A DNA stretch of 64,000 nt from Octopus vulgaris (Eukaryota): contig OX597818.1 of assembly GCA_951406725.2 (NCBI GenBank), forward strand, positions 15,562,001-15,626,000. The letters are read 5' to 3'. Each line of letters opens with the position of its first letter. The stretch's first letter is position 1. The notes under the pieces are model-generated. The model did not search any database and was not told the DNA's origin. It saw only the letters and a list, made by a program, of their open reading frames with translations. Shown here in pieces: positions 25,486-38,010 of the stretch. The position numbers were made by a program, and so were the translations under genes.

Positions 25486-26413
25486 CTATAAAACAGCAAC
25501 AAAAGAAAAAAAGCATTAGTCTAAATCACACTTGGATCTTCATATGTCCACATTATTATCACTGTCAACATCATCATCATTATTATCTTATACATTCACA
25601 TGTTCAACATCATGATAATAATAATGTTGACACCATGATTATCATCATAATTATTGCCATCATTGTCATCAGCAAAAGTATCATTGTTGTTGTCATTATA
25701 AAGTCATCATCATTATTGCTATGGAAACTGTAGTGAATAGAAACTGCTTATTACTGAGCTTTCTAGAAGAGATGTAGGTTGAGACAAAGTAAGTAGAATT
25801 TAGTTGTAAGAAATATAGCACATTCTGTAAAGCGATTGGTATTAGAAAGAGCATCTAGCTTGTATATGCCATGTGTGCACAGCCTGAGGATTGCATGAAG
25901 GCACCAGACATGTTATAAAAAGTGGTGTCTGTATTTTCATTGTGTAAAATTATTAGTAGCTCATAAAAATATACACTGTGGTCTTTGAATAATATTTATC
26001 CCTCACCAGATGGATTGCTTTTTTTTTTTTTTTGTTGATCTTACTATCATGGAACAGTATACTGTGTGCGTGTGTGTGTATGAGACAGGCTTTGGGGGAG
26101 GGGGCAAATGGGTTTATTTACAAACCCATTTGCCCAAGGTACCATGTAATGGGACTGAATCCAAAACCAATGCCTTGTGGGTGAATTTGGAAAACAAAGC
26201 ATACAAAGCCTATTATCTGTGAGTGTGTGGGTGCATGTGTGTGTGTGAGAGAAAAAGAGTCTGTGTGTCTGTGTTAATGCTTGCAACCTGCACCATTCAC
26301 ATGAAAATGTGCAAAACTACAAATGGGGAAGTATACTGTCATTTCTTTATTTTCCTCCTCCTTAACAAATTATCCACTGGCTTTTCACTAAAAAAAAAAA
26401 CAGAAAGGAAAAG

Positions 26414-26874
26414 TACATTATTTACATTGTTTACATTATTTATATTTGACGGATATGTGTCCTCATCTTGATTGTTGTTAACACAACACTTCAGCTGATA
26501 TACCCTCCAGCCTTCATCAGGTGTCTTGGGGAAATTTTCAACCTGGGTTCTCATTCCTAAGGTATTTTTTGATGTTATTATTATTATCATTAAGGTCACT
26601 GCTTGGAATCGAACTTGGAATCTTTGGGTTAGTAGCCCGCACTCTTAACCAATACGACATATGCTCATGGGCATTCCAAGTTCGATTCCAGGCAGTGACC
26701 TTAATAATAACATCAAAAAATACCTTAGGAATAAGAACCCAGGTTGAGAATTTTCCCAAGACACCTGATGAAGGCTGATCAGCCGAAACATGTTAACAAC
26801 AAACAAGATGAGGTCAAATATAAATAATGTAAATAATGTACATAATTCCTCATCTCTTAATTATAGAACTGTAA
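26414..26874. mobile_element. Inverted-repeat short retroelement with a tRNA-like head and a hammerhead motif in each arm
   Basis: 10-bp TSD aaaggaaaag at 26404-26413 and 26875-26884; arms about 26414-26621 and 26673-26841; B box GTTCGATTCC; CTGATGA motifs at 26481-26524 (-) and 26761-26796 (+). Confidence 0.8.
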
Positions 26875-26884
26875 AAAGGAAAAG

Positions 26885-27180
26885 GTCAACACCAGAAAGG
26901 TCGTCCAGTTATAAAACGATATCACAGTAATGTATATTCATTTTGAGGAATCAAATGCAGCATGCCAGAGAGAAGACTATGCTAGTTTGGACATGTGATG
27001 CATATGAATAAAGACAGCTGTATAAGGAAGTGTTGATCACTGAAAGTGGATGGTACCTGTGGAAGAGGGAAACCAAGGAAGACATGCGATGAAGTCGTAA
27101 GGACCAATCTCAGGATGTTGGAGCTTATGGAGGAAATGATAATGGACCATGATGTCTGGCAATGTGAGGTTCTTGAGACT
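26885..27180 (+). mobile_element. Decayed RTE LINE 3' fragment
   Basis: RRLC*FGHVM...GTCGRGKPRKTCDEVV, homologous to the ORF at 2243-2641. Confidence 0.75.
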
Positions 27181-28087
27181 CACCCACATTGGAGTTCTAG
27201 AAGCTCTGTGTGTCCCACTCACACATAACAATAAAACTTTTCACACACTCTACCCTAACAAACCAAACTACTCTCTTCTCCCAAACTGCACATCCTTCTC
27301 TTCCTCACATTTCCTCTTTCATGCAACAAGATAATCTTTCACTCGCCAATCCTGTCCTCACTGCCCTGCTCACTGTATCATTGCTATCCTGAAATTCCCC
27401 TCCCCCTTTATATACTCAGGTTCTCACCAGTTTCCTGCATTCCCCACCCCCATTCCCTACTCATACTTCTTTGGAAATACCCTGTCACCTATATCATGAC
27501 CTCCATGCCTTCAGGGTATGCCCTGGCTCTTCCATTATTCTATCATCCCATCTATGCTCTGATCCCTGTTTCTTGTAAGTATATCCTGGCACTTCGCCAC
27601 CATCTCTCTCCTACTCTCTCTCGCACTCCTGCTGTCTCTCTCTTTCTTTCTCTTCCCTCTGGCTGGGTAACCATGTATCTCCTTTAAAACAGCAGCACAC
27701 CTGTTTCTGTCCTCATTCTTGATCAAAGCTAAACTCTAAGTTTCCTTAACCAGATGATCATTACTTCAAAAAAATCATTTCTTACATCCATTATGTTATA
27801 GCCTTATACAAGGTACATAACTCTGTCTAATTTGCCATAGCTATAAACAAGTTCTGATCCTACTTCAGTGATGAGTGGTTAATTAAGGATAGACATTTGC
27901 TTGTAATAAGGAAGTCTTTCAGCTGTAATATTACAGCTCATAAGAGTATGTCTTTATGTAAGGGACACAATTCTGCTTTGTTTAACCTAGCTAATATAAC
28001 ACACTAGGTTCTGTTTCCACTTCAATGTTGAATGGTTAAGGAACAGCATTGAGCTATAATCAATGTAAAAGCAATTATTACATAGAG

Positions 28088-29023
28088 TGGTGGTTCTCAA
28101 CCATTTAATTCCTATGGAACCTTTTGATTACTATTTTTTCTGGTGGATCCCTATAACCATTCAATGTTTAAAAATGAATTTTATGGACACTTCTTTCAAA
28201 ATTCCTATTTTGGTTTCCACACATTACCTTGTATAGGTTAAACTACATAAAACATTTGAGAAAGTATTTTACTGTATATAACTCGCGGATAGGTTGCACC
28301 AGTGGATAGGTCATACCCTTAGTTCGGGCTTGTCAAAATAGGTATTTGCAGTTGATCAAAGATTGGTCATATTATAACTTGGGGAGTTACATGACCCTTT
28401 TCTTTGTAAATATTACTAATATTTGTTAACTATTCTTTTCTATTCTAGGCACAAGGCCTGAAATTTTGGGGCGAGGAGTCCAGTCGATTAGATCAACCCC
28501 AGTATGCAACTGGTACTTAATTTATCGACACCAAAAGGATGAAAGGCAAAGTCAACCTCAGTGGAATTTGAACGCAGAACAAAATATTGTAAGCATTTCA
28601 CCTGTTGTGCTAATGTTTCTGCCAGCTCGCTAAATACTATTGTTAGATACTATCAAATATTCACCTTTATATCAAAACTTTGCTTACAAATATTAAAACA
28701 TTTTTGTGGAAGTGACTTTATGAAAGTAATCTAATTAATAAATCAACTTGACTACTGTTACGTCACCCTCTACCTCTGACACCTTTGATGTCAAGTGGAT
28801 AGGTCTCACACCTGATTTTTATCAAAATTTTTGATAAAAAAAGTGCAACCTACCTGCAAGTATATACTGTTGCTGTTTCTTGCAATAAATATATCCAAAT
28901 TAGAATGTTTTCCATAGACACTATACTACTGTACATCCCCAATTTACTATTTTCTTGCACAGACAGCCCTAAAATCTTATATTGACCCCTAGGGGTGATA
29001 GGGATCCTGGTTGAGAATCACTG
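28088..29023. mobile_element. Non-autonomous hAT (Charlie-like) element containing a Tc2-like MITE (about 28272-28868), which contains a family A SINE (about 28440-28630)
   Basis: TIRs tggtggttctcaacc / ggttgagaatcactg; 8-bp TSD acatagag/atatagag; inner TIRs ...gcggataggttgcac / gtgcaacctacctgc. Confidence 0.7.
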
Positions 29024-29228
29024 ATATAGAGCCATTAGGTTATGTCCTGATGTAAGGTACATAATTGTTTTATGCATCCTTACCAAAAAATAGCTGCCAC
29101 TCTCACTTTACTGTTAAATGGTTAATAGTAGGATAGGTCTTCAGTTGTTATACTAAAAGCCACGCCTCAAGAAAAAGTATGTGTAGGAGAGTGAAACAGC
29201 AAAGAAGAAATATGAAAGAAATAATTAC

Positions 29229-29402
29229 CTTCGCATGTTGGTAAAGAAGTCCAGTTGCCATAGTGTTGACAGGTTATAGTTGAGTTACCTACTAATTCAT
29301 ACCCTTCTGAACATACAACTTTTACTGAATCATTGAAGTAGAAGATATTTTGTAATGAAAGTATAGTAGCATTTGCAATCTGTGGGGTTTCACAAACAAC
29401 AG
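29229..29402 (-). CDS. Exon 11: sushi/CCP 4
   Basis: ttcAG|...|GTAAT; 174 nt, phase 1-1; VVCETPQIANA...VVCSEGYELVGNSTITCQHYGNWTSLPTCE. Confidence 0.93.
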
Positions 29403-29748
29403 CTGAAAGTAGAATGCAAAAAATTCCATCTTGTATATATGTGTGTGTAAAATAAAAATATGTAGGTATACATAAATTTAAGGTTCGTGGGTGTCTGTGT
29501 GTGTGTGTGTGTGTGTGTTCAGTCCACTCTGCAGGGTGGTTGGTGTTAGGAAGAGCATCCAGCCATAAAAACCATGCCAAAACAGGCACAGAAATTTGGT
29601 GCAGTCTTCTGCCTGGCCAGCTCCTGTCAAACAATTGAACCCATGCCAACATCGAAGGAAGATGTTAAACGATGATGATGATGATGATATATGTACATAC
29701 ATACACACACACATACATACATACATACATACATACATACATACATGC

Positions 29749-29787
<39 letters not shown>

Positions 29788-29797
<10 letters not shown>

Positions 29798-30406
29798 TAA
29801 TAATAAGGGTTTTTTGCAACAAGTTGCTTAACCACATACCGAAAATTTTAGAAATAGCAGCCAAAGGACTACTATTTCCTTATACTACAAAAATAAGTCT
29901 CCACAGACAACAATATTTGTAACTCACATATGGCAAAAAAAGAAAAATAATGAAATCACACAGTCTTCGGTTAATTATGGACGTATGTTTCTGGATTCAC
30001 ACAATTTTGTGACTCACGTGGTAAAAATTCTGGAGGGAAATATGAATTCACTTGTCTATATAAATGTGGATATGCTGATTAGCTTTTATATTTTTCGATG
30101 TCGCTTGATCGAAAATATAGGAGGTAATTTTTCCTAGCATTTCTAGATTTATAGGAATATTATGTCGATGATGGAAATGAGTCTTATGATTCTAATCCAG
30201 AAACGTACGTCCATAATTAACCGAAGACTGTGTGATTTCATTATTTTTCTTCTTTTTTTGCCATATGTGAGTTACAAATATTATTGTCTGTGGGGACTTA
30301 TTTTTGTAGTAAAAGGAAATAGTAGTCCTTTGGCTGCTATTTCTAAAATTTTTAGTATGTGGTTAAGCAACTTGTTGCAAAAAGCCCTTATTATTATAAT
30401 TATATA
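29788..30406. repeat. Inverted repeat with about 210-bp arms, carrying a hammerhead-like motif
   Basis: Arms about 29788-29997 and 30194-30406 are near-identical reverse complements with a spacer of about 196 bp. Confidence 0.9.
30159..30217 (+). ncRNA. Type I hammerhead-ribozyme-like motif with variant core
   Basis: attatg TCGATGA TGGA...TCCA GAA AC gtac GT C cataat; 6-bp stem I, palindromic stem III, GUC triplet. Confidence 0.55.
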
Positions 30407-30506
30407 AGATTTTACCAAATATGGTCCTTTTCCATACCGAAATACTACTAGGTGAAATTTGTTGATTTTATTAAATTAATTATATTTCGCCCTATATCTG
30501 TAATGA

Positions 30507-30555
<49 letters not shown>

Positions 30556-30710
30556 TAGTAAAAAACCACCTTTTATCAATTCATAATAAATAATTAAATT
30601 ACACCATCTAGAAAATTACATATAATAGAAAAGTTAAAATTAAAATAACAATTAAAAAGTAAAGATTAAGTAAATTACAAGAATAATATAATGTATATAA
30701 TTGGTAGAAA

Positions 30711-30797
30711 AACGACACGCGTTTCGCTGCTATATTTAAGAAATGATTATAGTAGTAGAGAAATCACTTGCATATAAATATAGTCACTCATCAGGTT
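30711..30797 (-). ncRNA. Type I hammerhead-ribozyme-like motif with canonical core
   Basis: aac CTGATGA G...ctatattta...taaatatag...C GAA AC gcgt GT C gtt. Confidence 0.6.
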
Positions 30798-30854
30798 AAA
30801 AATATAATAGAACAGTAAAATAATTAATTAATAAATATACTTTAATATATATAC

Positions 30855-30894
<40 letters not shown>

Positions 30895-32134
30895 ATTCTA
30901 AATATACATAATTGAAAAATAAAATAATAATTCAATATTTAAATACTTTAAAATTAAATAAAAAATGCAAAGCTATAACAAGTCATTAAATTGTAATCAA
31001 AATAAGAAATGTTTCAAATAAAGACAAACTCCTTACATAAGCTAACCATATAATAAATATACATGTGTAGTATCTATAAATTTAATATTACAAACTATAA
31101 TGAAATAGACTAAATATCAAATAATATAATACCTAATTAACTTCAATCTAGTATTACAAATACATAATCCACTAATATATCAATAAATAATATAATATAT
31201 TATATATATATATCATCATCATCATCATCATCATCATCGTTTGATGATGATGATGATGATGATGATATATAATAACAAGAATAATAAGTTAATGGAAAGT
31301 AAGAAACCTATCAATCCCAAATTAAAGAAAGGTGCTAAAATATTCAAACCAAAGAACAATACACTATGAAGATGTACAATCACAATCACCAGTCCTCTAC
31401 TAAACCAGTCAATAACATTAACAATAATAAAAACGATCAAAGTCAAAATAATAGCAAAAACTAACTAATATTGATAAGCAAACTAAATTACTAAGTTCAA
31501 CGATTCTGAATAATCTATCTAGATTTTAAAAAGATAAGCATCTAATTAATCAACTCAATCGATTTCATTCATGAAAATACAATCAAAACTTTGAAAGAGT
31601 ACAAATACACTCAAATCCATTATATAAACTCATTATATTAATATCCATGTATTAAATCTATAGATTTAATATATCATACGATAAAAAGTTAAACATTATA
31701 TTAAAATAAAAACTAGTATATTTAAAAAAAGTACGATTTAATGAAAATAATATCTAATTATAATAAGAAATAAAGTCTAACCATTATAAATTCTCAAATT
31801 AAATGATATGTAAAACGTAAAATCTTTTATAACAATTAAACATCAGATGTAAAAAATGCTATCAAGAAATTATAAATAAATAAAAATATTACATCAAACA
31901 AAAATAATATCAACAATAATAACAAATACACAACGGTTCAATAATCAAATAAAATAGAGAAACTATAAAATCAGACTTAGCTTTAGCGAAGAATGAATTG
32001 TAACTCAATCTTCGCTAAAGCTAAGTCTGATTTTATGAATACCAATAATTTTTTAAACAACATTTTCCTCATACGATTTAAAAAGCATTTTCCTTATTCA
32101 ATTTCCTCCACTGAAATTCGTCCTTTCGACTCAA

Positions 32135-32209
32135 TTCTCTGATGAGCGGATATACTTCCCAACAATGTTTATCAAAGAGGAAGTATATTCACAAAAACGA
32201 TTGTAAGAA
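32135..32209 (+). ncRNA. Degenerate type I hammerhead-like motif
   Basis: ttct CTGATGA gcggatatacttcc...ggaagtatattcac AAAAAC gatt GTA agaa; stem II pairs at 13 of 14 positions; GAAAC is mutated. Confidence 0.5.
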
Positions 32210-32454
32210 CTTTTAAACATTTTAAAACTTTCTAATAATAACAGCTGTACTTTATTTATTTATTAATACAATATTACTAATATTATATACTTATCTTTAT
32301 TACGATTTTTAAGATATAACTATTCCACTGTTTTACTCTCTAATATATAATTGCTCTCATGAATCTCTAAATATCTTTTAAGATTTTAGACATATTTCAT
32401 ACTAAAGCACTTAATTGACATTCAGTACACCTTGTTTCCCAAGGACATATTTAA

Positions 32455-32652
32455 TCAACTATATATATACATATACATACATACTTGTATGTATGTATAT
32501 GAATATATATACATACATACATACATACATACATACATACATACATACATACATACATACATACATGCATGCATACATACATACATACATACATACATAC
32601 ATACATACATACATACACACATACATACATACATACATGTGTGTGTGTGTGT
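32455..32652. repeat. (CATA)n / (TG)n microsatellite
   Basis: Direct inspection. Confidence 0.95.
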
Positions 32653-33143
32653 GGTGCCCCAGCATAGCCACAATCTAATGACTGAAACAAGTAGATGTTG
32701 CCTGACACATCCTGTGTGTTGGAGAAGGTAATCGTGAGTATAATATGATAGCAAAGAAAGATTAGAAAACAGTATCATCATGCCTTGAAAGTCAGTTGAA
32801 TGTTGCAGGTTTCACACTCATCATCATCATCATTTAATATCTGCCTTCCATGCTGGCATAGGTTGGGCAGTTTAACAGGAGCTGGTCAGGCAGGAGCACC
32901 AAACTTCTGTGTCTGTTTTGGCAGGGCTTTTACAAATAGATACCCTTCCTAACACCAACCACCCAGTAGAGTGGACTAAGTGCTTTTTATGTGGCACAAG
33001 CACAGGTGATATCATGAAAAGAAATATTTCTCCACAAACAAAAAAGTTAATATCAAACTGACAGATGTGATACAACAAAAGAAATGAAATATGAAGAAAC
33101 TTGCTCAAGCAATGAATTGTTAATTGTATCAGAAATAACTTAC

Positions 33144-33305
33144 GTTGACAGGAAGGTATAGGATCAACTCCACAAAGGAAAGGGTTTTTACCCACTAATT
33201 TATAGCCTTGTGCACATGTAATATTCACACTGTCCCCTTTCATGTAACCAGTGATGCTAGTCCTGTCAATGACATTAGCAAACATCTTCAAATTGCATTT
33301 CTGCC
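33144..33305 (-). CDS. Exon 10: sushi/CCP 3 (short, lacks the usual Trp)
   Basis: ttcAG|...|GTAAG; 162 nt, phase 1-1; QKCNL...GDSVNITCAQGYKLVGKNPFLCGVDPIPSCQ. Confidence 0.88.
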
Positions 33306-33841
33306 CTGAAAGAGAAAACAATAAAAAAAAAAATATTAATCATCATTATTCTCACCATCATCATTACTATCATCATAAACATTGTTGTCATCATCAATAC
33401 CTTCATTCTGCAAGCTGGCAGAATCGATAGCATGTGGGGCAAAATGCTTAGTACCATTTTTTCTGTCTTTACATTTCAAGTTGAAACTCTGCCCAGGTCA
33501 ACCTTGCCTTCCTTCCTTTCAGAGTTGATAAAAATAAGTCCTAGTTGAGCACCTGAGTCAATGTAATCAACTTACCCAAAACTTCAAAAATTGCTGGCCT
33601 TGTGCCAAAATAAGAAAGGATAAAGAATTATTGGTGAAATGGCAGAATCATTAATATACCGAGGAAAATGCTTATCAGTATTTCCCCCATCTTCATGTCC
33701 TGAATTCAAATTCCACCAAGGTCGACTTTGCCTTTCATCCTTTTGGGGTCAATAAATTAAGTACCAGTGAAAGCACTGGGGTCAATGTAATTGACTAGTC
33801 CCTCCAAAATTTCAGGCCTTGTGCCTCTAATAGAGAGGATT

Positions 33842-33884
<43 letters not shown>

Positions 33885-35194
33885 GTTGGCAGCATCATTA
33901 AAGAGTTGAATAAAATGCCTTGTGGTATTTATTGTCTATCTTCTAAATTTCTGTCCTACTAAGGTCAACTTTGCCTTTCATCATTCTGGGATAGATAAAA
34001 TGCAGCACCAGTAGTTGATTTAATCTACAAAATTTATATTCTTATGTCTCTATTAAAAATCATCTACTTATTAATTAATATGATTAGGGCAGCAAGCTGG
34101 CAGAATTGTTAGCACACTAGGCAAAATGTTTAGCAGCATCTTGCCTGTTTTTACATTCTGATTTCAAATTCCACTGAGGTTGACTTTGCCTTTTCCTCCT
34201 TTTGGGGTTGATAAGATAAGTACAAGTTGAGCATTGAGATTGATATAACCATCTTAGATAGGGGGACTCTCCAAAAGGGGTCTCAGGAAGTAGCATCCCT
34301 GCTCCACTGAGCTAGTTTTACACCACATTTCTTAAAATTTGAAAAATTTTTACCAAAATTTGAAATGCTGATCTCATTTAGAGACCAGCTTGTCATTAGT
34401 AGTGGTAGAGGTGGGCTGACTTTGTGCCAAAACTTGAAACTTATATCTTCACTTTATTCTTCATCATTGTCAGCATCAGCAGTGATGAGCCATGAGGAAT
34501 AATAAAACAAAAAGTTCTCAAAACAGGATAACAATCCAAGTACTTGACTGGGACATATTTTATTAACACCCCACCTCTCAGAAGGACAATATGGCACAGG
34601 CTCTTTTACATGACACTGAGATGGGCACTATTCACATGGTACCAACACAAATGCTTTTCATTCAGCAACAGCATAGGCCTCTTGCAGGCCAATCATCTTC
34701 AGCAGGGGGAGCAGTACTAATACTTCTGCTGTGAAGGACAGGTCTTCTTTCTTTCTTCCAAATCCACTCACAGGGTTTTGGTCAGCCCAGGGCTACAGTA
34801 AAAGATACTTGTCCAAAGTGTCATGCAGTGGAATTGAATCAAGAACCTTGTGATTAGGAAGCATACTTCTGACCACACAACTGTTCCTTTGCCTATGAAG
34901 ATATAAAACAGAACAGAAATATATTTCAAAGACATTTTCAAAAACAAGAAAACTGCACCAAAGCTGCATGATAGTAGTGTCAGATGTGGTATGCAGACCA
35001 ACTTGTTTTATTCTTCTCTTCCATTTTATTTTGACATGCATATTGCATATTTATTTTTCTCTTCTGTTTTATGAATTCAGTGTGCACATGCACATTGCAT
35101 GTTCATACTTCACTTTCTGGTTCCTACACAAAACTGTTTACAGATCACAACCATCATACAAACGTGCATTCGTGCGGAGCACTTCGTGTTTCAT

Positions 35195-35540
35195 CATCAT
35201 CATCATTTAACATCTGCTTTCCATGCTAGCATGGGTTGGACGATTTTGACTGAGGGCTGGTGAACCAGATGGCTGCACCAGCCTCCAATCTCATCTGGCA
35301 GAGTTCCTACAGCTGGATGCCCTTCCTAACGCCAACCACTCCAAGAGTATAGTGGGTGCTTTTACATGCCACCAGCACGAGGGCCAGTCTGGCAGCACTG
35401 GCAATGGCCAAGCTCAAATGGTGTTTTTTATGTGCCGCCTGCACAGGAGTCAGTCCAGCGGCACTGACAACGACCTCGCTCGAATGTTTTGTTCACGTTC
35501 CACCGACACAAATGCCAGTGAGACAACACTGGTAATGATC
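35195..35540 (-). mobile_element. RTE-associated 3' UTR/tail element ending in (GAT)n
   Basis: Same sequence family as 1563-2100; further copies at about 29520-29690, 54760-55090 and 23725-23865. Confidence 0.75.
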
Positions 35541-35662
35541 AATGGCTGTAAAATAATGTGGTCAGGTGTAAGATATTGTACTTAGTGGGAATTAACAAAA
35601 TACACCTGCTCAGCAGTTTGAATGTCTGATAGAATGAACTGAGTATTTCAAACAGTACTTAC

Positions 35663-35836
35663 GACAACAAGTTGGATTCCCTGACCAAGTTCCATTCCAG
35701 CAGAATACATCTGGACTACCTGAGATTTGATAATTTGGTGTCTTACAAGTAAGATGAAATATCATCAAACCATTTATGTTCTGAATATTCTCCCATGTAC
35801 CACCAAGAACAGGTTGCAAAGTAGGACAAGTTTTCA
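35663..35836 (-). CDS. Exon 9: sushi/CCP 2
   Basis: ttcAG|...|GTAAG; 174 nt, phase 1-1; KTCPTLQPVLGG...LTCKTPNYQISGSPDVFCWNGTWSGNPTCC. Confidence 0.9.
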
Positions 35837-36075
35837 CTGAAATACAACAGAATAACATGATTTTAATATTTCAATAACAAGACAACTTGAATATTTCAAA
35901 GATATGTATATATAGGCTCAGACATGGCTGTGTGGTAAGAAGGCTACTTCCCAACCACATGGCTCCAGGTTCAGTCACACTGCGTGGCACCTTAGGCAAG
36001 TGTCTTCTACTATAGCCTCAGGCTGACCAAAGCCTTGTGAGTGGATTTGGTAGGACGGAAACTGAAAGAAGCCTG

Positions 36076-36108
<33 letters not shown>

Positions 36109-36111
<3 letters not shown>

Positions 36112-36402
36112 TGGTGGACTGACCAACTTGCCAGCTTGTCTGATGGCAAGTGGACTCCTGCACCATTAGAATCCATATATGGGGGCCCATGTTAGTATCT
36201 AAGGGGCCCATCCCCTCAAGTTTGAGAATTTTTTATTCACTCCTGGAAGAATTAATTAATTATTTCAGCCTGGCTGTGTTTGTAGACATTTGAAAAGAAT
36301 ACTTTTAACAAAAACAAAAAAAATTAAATGACTGCATTTTAGTTGCGGGTGGGTCCCCCTAGTCTTCTGGCAACCAATATTTTTAGACCCAGTCTACCAC
36401 TG
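36109..36402. mobile_element. hAT-like MITE inserted in a (TA)n tract
   Basis: TIRs cagtggtggactg / cagtctaccactg; flanks tatatata / tataaata. Confidence 0.6.
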
Positions 36403-36407
36403 TATAA

Positions 36408-36457
<50 letters not shown>

Positions 36458-36459
36458 CT

Positions 36460-38010
36460 TACACTGGGTGCATCTTATGGAGCTTCAACTACACATTTAC
36501 TACAGATTGAGCAGAGCCATCTACCTGAAGGGATTTGTGATTTGTCTGCCTTCCTACTCACTAAAACTTTGGTTTTTGCTAGGTTAACTCTAAGGCCCTT
36601 TGATCTTAGATCTTGCTTCCATAACCTGGAAGTTCTCTAGTTCAGGTAGTGACTTGACTATAAGAGCAAGGTCATCAGCATAAAAGAGCAGCCTGTCTTG
36701 AATTCCTCTGTTATTGCCTGGAGGACTATGATGAACAAGAGAGAACTAAGCACCAATCCTTGGTGAACCCCTACTTGTACCCCGAATTCTCCACTCATTG
36801 CCCACCCTCAGTTTACTGGTAGTGTCTCTGTACAAGGCTTGTACAGCTCTCACCAACCACTCATCTATCCCTAGTTTCCACATTGACCACCAGGGGACTC
36901 TGTCAAAAGCTTTCTCCAAGTCAACAAAAAGCCAAGTACAGAAGTTTATCTTTGGCTAGGTGTTTCTCCTGCAGCTGCCTTACCAGAAATATAGTATCAG
37001 TGGTATTTCTACCTGACACAAAACCAAACTGCATCTTATCTAGACTAATTCACTCTCTAATTAGTTGGCTATGATTCTCTCTGCAACTTTCATCACCTGA
37101 TCCAACAATTTGATACCCCTATAGTTATTTCTATCTAAAGCATCACCTTTCCCCTTGTAGCAGTTGAGGATGTTGCTGCTCTACCAGTCATTGGGTATGA
37201 CTCCTTCATGAACCACTTGATTTACAATATGGGTGACTAGACCATAGCCCATACCGCCAGATATTTTAAGCATCTCAGCTGGGGGCTTTCCCGGTCTTCA
37301 TACCCTTAATTACTTTATCTACCAAGGTACTGTTGATTCAGGTAGCTGGTCTGTCAACAAGGTCAACATTTGGCACACTCTCCTCCTCTCATTCATTCTC
37401 CACATTCAGCAATCTTTCATAATGGCTTCTCCAAGCCTCTTTCTTTGCAGACTTGTTAAAAGCAAGTGCCCCATCATCCATGTGGACACATTTCTCTCCT
37501 ATGACATCACAATCCAAAATACTTCAGTTCTTTGGTCCTTACGATGCTGAACATAGGCAAACTTCTTTTCTGCTTCTCCCTTGGCTAGATATGCCTGTCC
37601 CCTAGCTTCCCTTCTGGCTATCGGATACACTTCCCTGCTTCCCCCACTCCTCCAGGCTTTCCAGGCCTGTTTCTTTGCTCTAATGGTTTTGTCTACAGTA
37701 TTGTTCTACCACCACATTACCCTAGGTCTGGAAGAGACTTTGCACCAGCCACAGATTTAATCTGTGGCATTTGCAGGACTTCCCAGTTGCCCTCTATGTC
37801 ACAAGTTTGTAGCTCCTCCTCCCTCTCATCAAATTTCTCAATTAGGATAGCCCTAAATCTCTGACCATATGAAGGGTCCTTAAGCTTCCAAATTTTTCTT
37901 TTCCAGATTGGTCTGCTTCTTGGCATCCTTCTGGCCTGGATGTTAAGAATGCTAATGGGATGGGGATTACATTCTTCACCAAGGAGTGTCTTTGTATTTA
38001 AGAGCAACCA
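36460..38010 (-). mobile_element. Decayed RTE LINE internal fragment including the reverse transcriptase core
   Basis: Minus strand gives QFGFVSGR, FVDLEKAFD, GVHQG and FYADDLAL, interrupted by indels. Confidence 0.85.
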
